NCBI GenBank assembly: GCA_965644265.1
Contig: OZ286460.1
Span: 28,334,001 to 28,398,000, forward strand
Length of the DNA stretch: 64,000 nucleotides
Reading direction: 5' to 3'
DNA from: Glycera tridactyla
Taxonomy: Eukaryota
This document shows positions 60,301-64,000 of the stretch, one piece after another. The notes below the pieces were generated by a model that did not search any database, was not told where the DNA came from, and was given only the letters and a program-made list of their open reading frames with translations. Each line of letters opens with the position of its first letter. The first letter of the stretch is position 1. A program made the translations under genes and the position numbers.

Positions 60301-62236
60301 TCTCAAAATTGGATCCAGCTAGTAGCTCGAAAGCACAAGATTCAAGTGATTTCTATATCCACAAAGCATTTGACATTTTGGGTTACAATTCGAAGGTTTT
60401 GATGTAATCAATAAGTCAACATGTCATTGCCTATGTTGGTACCTTCACTTTTTTGCTCGCATGCGAAGCTAAATGCGAGTCTTTGTAATCATGCAGTTGG
60501 TCTGGCCGTCCGGCCGTCCGGCCGTCCGGCCGGCGTGAAGGTCTGAGGTTAAGGTTTTGGTTGAAGTTTTTCTTTGAAGCCCCACTCGGCTAATATTGCA
60601 CCTACATTCTTGAAATTTGGTATACATATGCATCAGTAGTTGGACAACAACATGGGAGCATTCTTTTTCATAATCCATCTCATAGAGGTGGGAAATTTTG
60701 AGGGAAAAGAAGACTTTTTATTTGTGAGTTTGGAATTTATTGAGACAGCTGAACCCATTCATTCTGCCTGAGTTGCGTAAGACACCACGGAAATGTGCAT
60801 GATTCTCCGCCTGTCCTTTCATTGTTGGGGAAGGCTCTCCCGGTGACTCTTTTGTTCTTGGCTGTGTTACATAATCGTCTAATCAGTTTCATGCACCAAC
60901 TGCTACATCAAGCACTGTATAAATAGATGGACCTAAGTTCACTTTCTCATACATACACTAGTATGCATATCCGATTATTCGCTCCCTCGAGCACAGTATA
61001 GATGGACCTCATTTCACTTTCTTATACATACACATGTATGGGTGGGGGTGGGGCCAGGGTTGAGGGGAAGTATTGGGCCGGGGGCTGGGAGCAGGGGTAG
61101 GTGAAGCGTGGGGCTGGGGTCGGGGGATTGGTGGGATGAGTTCTGTGGTGGGTGTGGGGGAGGGGACGGGGCGTGGGTGGGGGGATTGGTTGGTTGGTTC
61201 TGGGGTGGGGGGGGGGGGGGATAAGGGCCAGGGATGGGTGACAGTAGGGGTCGGGTGGGGAAGATGGGTGGGGGTGGGCCGCAGATATGGGGTTGGGTGT
61301 GTGTGTGAGAGGGGATGGGTGGGGGGTGGGGGATTGGTGGGGTGGGTCTGGGGGTGGGGGAGGTAGGGCCTGGGCCGGGGAGATGAGTGAGTGAGTGGGG
61401 NNNNNNNNNNNNNNNNNNNNNNNNNNNNNNNNNNNNNNNNNNNNNNNNNNNNNNNNNNNNNNNNNNNNNNNNNNNNNNNNNNNNNNNNNNNNNNNNNNNN
61501 NNNNNNNNNNNNNNNNNNNNNNNNNNNNNNNNNNNNNNNNNNNNNNNNNNNNNNNNNNNNNNNNNNNNNNNNNNNNNNNNNNNNNNNNNNNNNNNNNNNN
61601 NNNNNNNNNNNNCGGCGTGCATGCGAGCCTTTTGTGCATTTATGCCTTGTTAATACCATGTTTTAACATGTATATGAACCCGGAAGATGGTTGGATGCAG
61701 GTACGTTGCCGCATGATTCAGGTGTACGGTACATGATACAGGTTGGAAATGGGCTCATTGAAAATGCCATGTTAGTACACCCCCTTGATTCCTTTCTCGA
61801 GGAACAGCTTCTATTTATAATGGTGAAACAGTGTAGAGCCTGTATCAACCCTCAGGAAACCAAAAAATGGTTGCTCATAGCAGGTGGTTGCTTGCAGTTA
61901 ATATGTGCACCACTGTATAACTTGTGAGATCTTCCTCGCATAGATGCTTTTTGTTTGCATAAATTTTTGGATGGTTTCTTGTTACAGGAATCACTGCAGC
62001 ATAAGAAATTATGTATTCTGAATTAAGATACATGTATTGTAATTGGTATACATATGGGAATGAGAATGTATGGATGATGACATTTTTGCAGGATGATCTA
62101 CCAGATATTGGGAAGAGAGAGCTGTCACTTTCAGCATGGATGCCATGGCAGAATAGGTTGCAGGGGAGTGAAAAAGGGGGCAGCTCATCAAAATCAAAAC
62201 ATCTTGTTGAGATCATGGAATTCATCGATATTCAGA
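45344..62236 (+). CDS. FANCM: Fanconi anemia group M DNA translocase, partial. Exons 45344-46088, 49863-50035, 51252-51488, 52861-52992, 53438-53658, 54074-54204, 55331-55515, 57040-57246, 58315-58528, 60101-60255, 62092-62236; continues beyond the window
   Basis: PIP box QQTLFQSW; [13 protein letters not shown]; motif I LPTGLGKT; [11 protein letters not shown]; DEAH; ALSATPG; HPKMKKLE; MIFSQYR; [12 protein letters not shown]; [13 protein letters not shown]. All ten introns are GT-AG with compatible phases. Confidence 0.97.
46698..47479. mobile_element. hAT-type MITE in FANCM intron 1
   Basis: 17-bp TIRs CAGGGTGTTAGCCAGCC / GGCTGGCTAACACCCTG; degenerate 8-bp TSD GTTATCCA / TTTATCCC. Confidence 0.7.
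47700..47930 (+). mobile_element. SINE 3' fragment with (AAAC)n tail
   Basis: Ends GATGTTAAACTCAAACAAACAAACAAAC, a typical retroposon tail. Confidence 0.5.
49656..49832. mobile_element. Tc1/mariner MITE ending 30 bp upstream of FANCM exon 2
   Basis: TA-CAGTCGAACCTG...CAGGTTCGACTG-TA. Confidence 0.85.
49863..50035 (+). CDS. FANCM: FANCM exon 2 (DEAH box)
   Basis: TTTTTCAG acceptor; ...[15 protein letters not shown]; GTAATA donor. Confidence 0.95.
50479..50890 (-). mobile_element. Penelope-like element 3' fragment (GIY-YIG C-terminus plus 3' tail) in FANCM intron 2
   Basis: Minus strand reads [13 protein letters not shown]...[17 protein letters not shown]...Q*. The following tail (GTAGCC...GAAAGCTTC...ACTGTGAGTACC) is homologous to 59880-60080. 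Confidence 0.75.
51252..51488 (+). CDS. FANCM: FANCM exon 3
   Basis: VVRELS...LALSATPG...REKYFS; GTGAGT donor. Confidence 0.95.
51822..52010 (+). mobile_element. HINE-like 5' fragment
   Basis: TTTTCTACCCCGCC...GAGGGTATA hairpin followed by a (GTCG/GTCA/GTCT)n microsatellite. Confidence 0.5.
52306..52478. mobile_element. Degenerate Tc1/mariner MITE
   Basis: GACCACCT motifs and right TIR CAGGTCGACTG-TA. Confidence 0.6.
52861..52992 (+). CDS. FANCM: FANCM exon 4
   Basis: VVSLVVNRL...[10 protein letters not shown]; GTAAGC donor. Confidence 0.9.
53438..53658 (+). CDS. FANCM: FANCM exon 5
   Basis: [27 protein letters not shown]; GTATGT donor, phase 2. Confidence 0.92.
54074..54204 (+). CDS. FANCM: FANCM exon 6
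   Basis: [16 protein letters not shown]; GTGAGT donor, phase 1. Confidence 0.92.
54330..54547. mobile_element. hAT-type MITE in FANCM intron 6
   Basis: TIRs CAGGGCATGACAA / TTGTCATGCCCTG with subterminal ACCTGCCC/GGGCAGGT repeats. TSD not clean. Confidence 0.65.
55331..55515 (+). CDS. FANCM: FANCM exon 7
   Basis: [13 protein letters not shown]...GFTQKEQLK; GTAAAA donor. Confidence 0.93.
57040..57246 (+). CDS. FANCM: FANCM exon 8 (helicase motifs V-VI)
   Basis: [31 protein letters not shown]...[13 protein letters not shown]; GTGAGA donor. Confidence 0.97.
57279..57332. repeat. (CA)n microsatellite
   Basis: Direct reading of the sequence. Confidence 0.95.
57609..58190. mobile_element. CpG-rich MITE with TA TSD in FANCM intron 8
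   Basis: TA-CTGTAGTCTCGCGCGTGTACGCGCA...TGCGCGTATACGCGCGAGACTACAG-TA. Confidence 0.8.
58315..58528 (+). CDS. FANCM: FANCM exon 9
   Basis: [12 protein letters not shown]...[23 protein letters not shown]; GTGAGT donor, phase 1. Confidence 0.88.
58906..60082 (+). mobile_element. 5'-truncated, internally deleted Penelope-like retroelement in FANCM intron 9
   Basis: [19 protein letters not shown][fs][45 protein letters not shown] are PLE RT motifs. Frameshift near 59236. Flanked by the direct repeat CTTATTAT (58898-58905, 60083-60090). Confidence 0.92.
60101..60255 (+). CDS. FANCM: FANCM exon 10
   Basis: TTGCAG acceptor, phase-compatible; [15 protein letters not shown] resembles FANCM LSEEEFKLW; GTAGAT donor. 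Confidence 0.8.
60450..60690 (+). mobile_element. HINE-like 5' fragment
   Basis: TTTTTTGCTCGCATGCGAAGCTAAATGCGAG hairpin followed by (GGCCGTCC)n. Confidence 0.55.
61027..61400 (+). repeat. G-rich low-complexity tract adjoining an assembly gap
   Basis: Dozens of GGG-GGGGG runs on the + strand. Confidence 0.85.
62092..62236 (+). CDS. FANCM: FANCM exon 11
   Basis: [12 protein letters not shown] resembles FANCM QLSLSEWRLWQ; TTTTTGCAG acceptor; GTAAGC donor. Confidence 0.82.
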
Positions 62237-62482
62237 GTAAGCAATCCTGAATCTCTTCTAATGTCTTGAGAGATATATCATGAGACCTGCAATGAGATCC
62301 CAATCCCTACCTCTTGCTCAACTGATCTTGCTGAAAACTCCTTGAATTAGCAGAATTGCTACAAATCATTGAAAAGTCCTTGAATATGATGAAATACTCC
62401 TTTAAGCGCAACTACTTTGAGTTTCTGCGCCATGATCCATTCTGTGAGACATCTGTGTTCATTCTGGATAGTTGTCTTGCAA

Positions 62483-63871
62483 TTTTTCCGTCGGAGACGG
62501 TACTATTTTCACTTTGGGATTCCCTCTCAATCTAGACATTACTATCATCCTTTTATGGAGTCATCCGCCCTGATTTGCCAAGATTTGACTATGTTAAACA
62601 CACATGTACCGTGGACTACCATTTGTAAATGATCGCAACTGAATCATCAGAATTGAAACGAAACTGCTTGAAAAAGGTGTGAAATGTGCGAGAAACAGAA
62701 GTCTCGCGTGAAACAATGCTAAATTCGGATATTGTAGATAACTGACTGTGTGAGAACGTTTGAAATGAAAACTTTGTTATTAGAAGCGACGTATGGCGGA
62801 TCAATAGAGTGCCATTACCTGGGAAATCTCTCCGTGACGTCATATCGCGTATGTAAATGAGGTATCGAACTAGATCTATCCCATAATAATTCGCTATCCA
62901 GTTCATCTCCGAAAGTTTTGTTAGTGGTCGATAGTTCACTGTTTCTTGCGAATATATGACAGATTCACGCAATTTATACATGGGTTATATAAGATGGATA
63001 TGAAATATCTGGCTCTCTCTCTGTCTCACTGTCTGTCTCTCTCTCTCACGCGACTGTGAAGATGTCAGCCTCCAAGTGGGCGTATCTAAAAAGCTTGATT
63101 GACACCTCATATGATCTGCCATTCTCGGCGGGAATTTCAAACTGCGACATCTGNNNNNNNNNNNNNNNNNNNNNNNNNNNNNNNNNNNNNNNNNNNNNNN
63201 NNNNNNNNNNNNNNNNNNNNNNNNNNNNNNNNNNNNNNNNNNNNNNNNNNNNNNNNNNNNNNNNNNNNNNNNNNNNNNNNNNNNNNNNNNNNNNNNNNNN
63301 NNNNNNNNNNNNNNNNNNNNNNNNNNNNNNNNNNNNGCCCCAACAACCACCACCCCCCATTGACCACCGCCAGTACCACCCCCATGAACCACCACCACCA
63401 CCACCGGGCACCACCACCACCACCATGGACAACCACCCCATGGCCCCAACAACCCCCACCCCAATAGACCACCTCCATGGACCACCATCAACACCACAGA
63501 CCCCATGGACCACCACCACCACCCCATCAACCACCAATGCCACCCCATTGACCACTACCACCACCACCACCGCCCCATGGACCACCACCCTATGGTCCGC
63601 CACCACCCCATTGACCACCACCACCACCCACCACCACCACTACCCCATTGACCAACCCCATGGACCACCACCACCNNNNNNNNNNNNNNNNNNNNNNNNN
63701 NNNNNNNNNNNNNNNNNNNNNNNNNNNNNNNNNNNNNNNNNNNNNNNNNNNNNNNNNNNNNNNNNNNNNNNNNNNNNNNNNNNNNNNNNNNNNNNNNNNN
63801 NNNNNNNNNNNNNNNNNNACCTTTCCACTGTAAATCGATGACCATTGTTCTTTTTGAAGAAATTTCTTGTT
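62483..63871. mobile_element. HINE-like family A, copy 3, with internal (CCA/CAC)-rich array
   Basis: Same termini as copies 1 and 2. CCACCACC-type low-complexity tract at 63338-63675 lies between two gaps. Confidence 0.7.
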
Positions 63872-64000
63872 ATCAATGAAGTGAACAATTTCAATGGTGT
63901 CTGATATATGGGCTCCAAAAATGATCATTCAAATGCAGGATTTTTATAAGGCAAAATAAGTCTGGTCTTTGTCGAATTTTAATAGATGAAGAACTGATAT

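Noticed and set aside
61009-61659. Pro/His-rich ORFs resembling extensins
   Set aside because: Translation of the G-rich low-complexity tract plus a gap.
63046-63928. Mucin-like Pro/Thr ORF (261 aa) and Val/Gly/Trp antisense ORFs
   Set aside because: CCA-rich array inside HINE family A copy 3, with N gaps.

Overview
Intron-rich eukaryotic scaffold with eight N-gaps. The repeat landscape suggests a marine invertebrate, possibly lophotrochozoan; this is inference only. Four protein-coding loci are supported. (1) The 3' part of a + strand gene encoding a long acidic Pro/Glu/Cys-repeat region followed by a C-terminal AMPK-beta-type glycogen-binding module (CBM48), 1-6693. (2) A divergent, atypical Rho-family GTPase on the - strand, 20172-25329, with a stop/frameshift anomaly in its last exon. 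(3) An intronless MAP10 (KIAA1383/MTR120) orthologue on the - strand, 41592-44603. (4) The first 11 coding exons of FANCM on the + strand, 45344-62236, head-to-head with MAP10 and continuing beyond the window. The rest is dominated by transposon-derived DNA: Helentron-type HINEs, Tc1/mariner and hAT MITEs, SINEs, a decayed CR1/L2-like LINE, two Penelope-like fragments inside FANCM introns, a 4.1-kb Academ-like long-inverted-repeat element, a 44/50-bp minisatellite and several microsatellites. No rRNA, true tRNA or CRISPR array was seen. All family assignments are by eye from remembered motifs; no database search was run.
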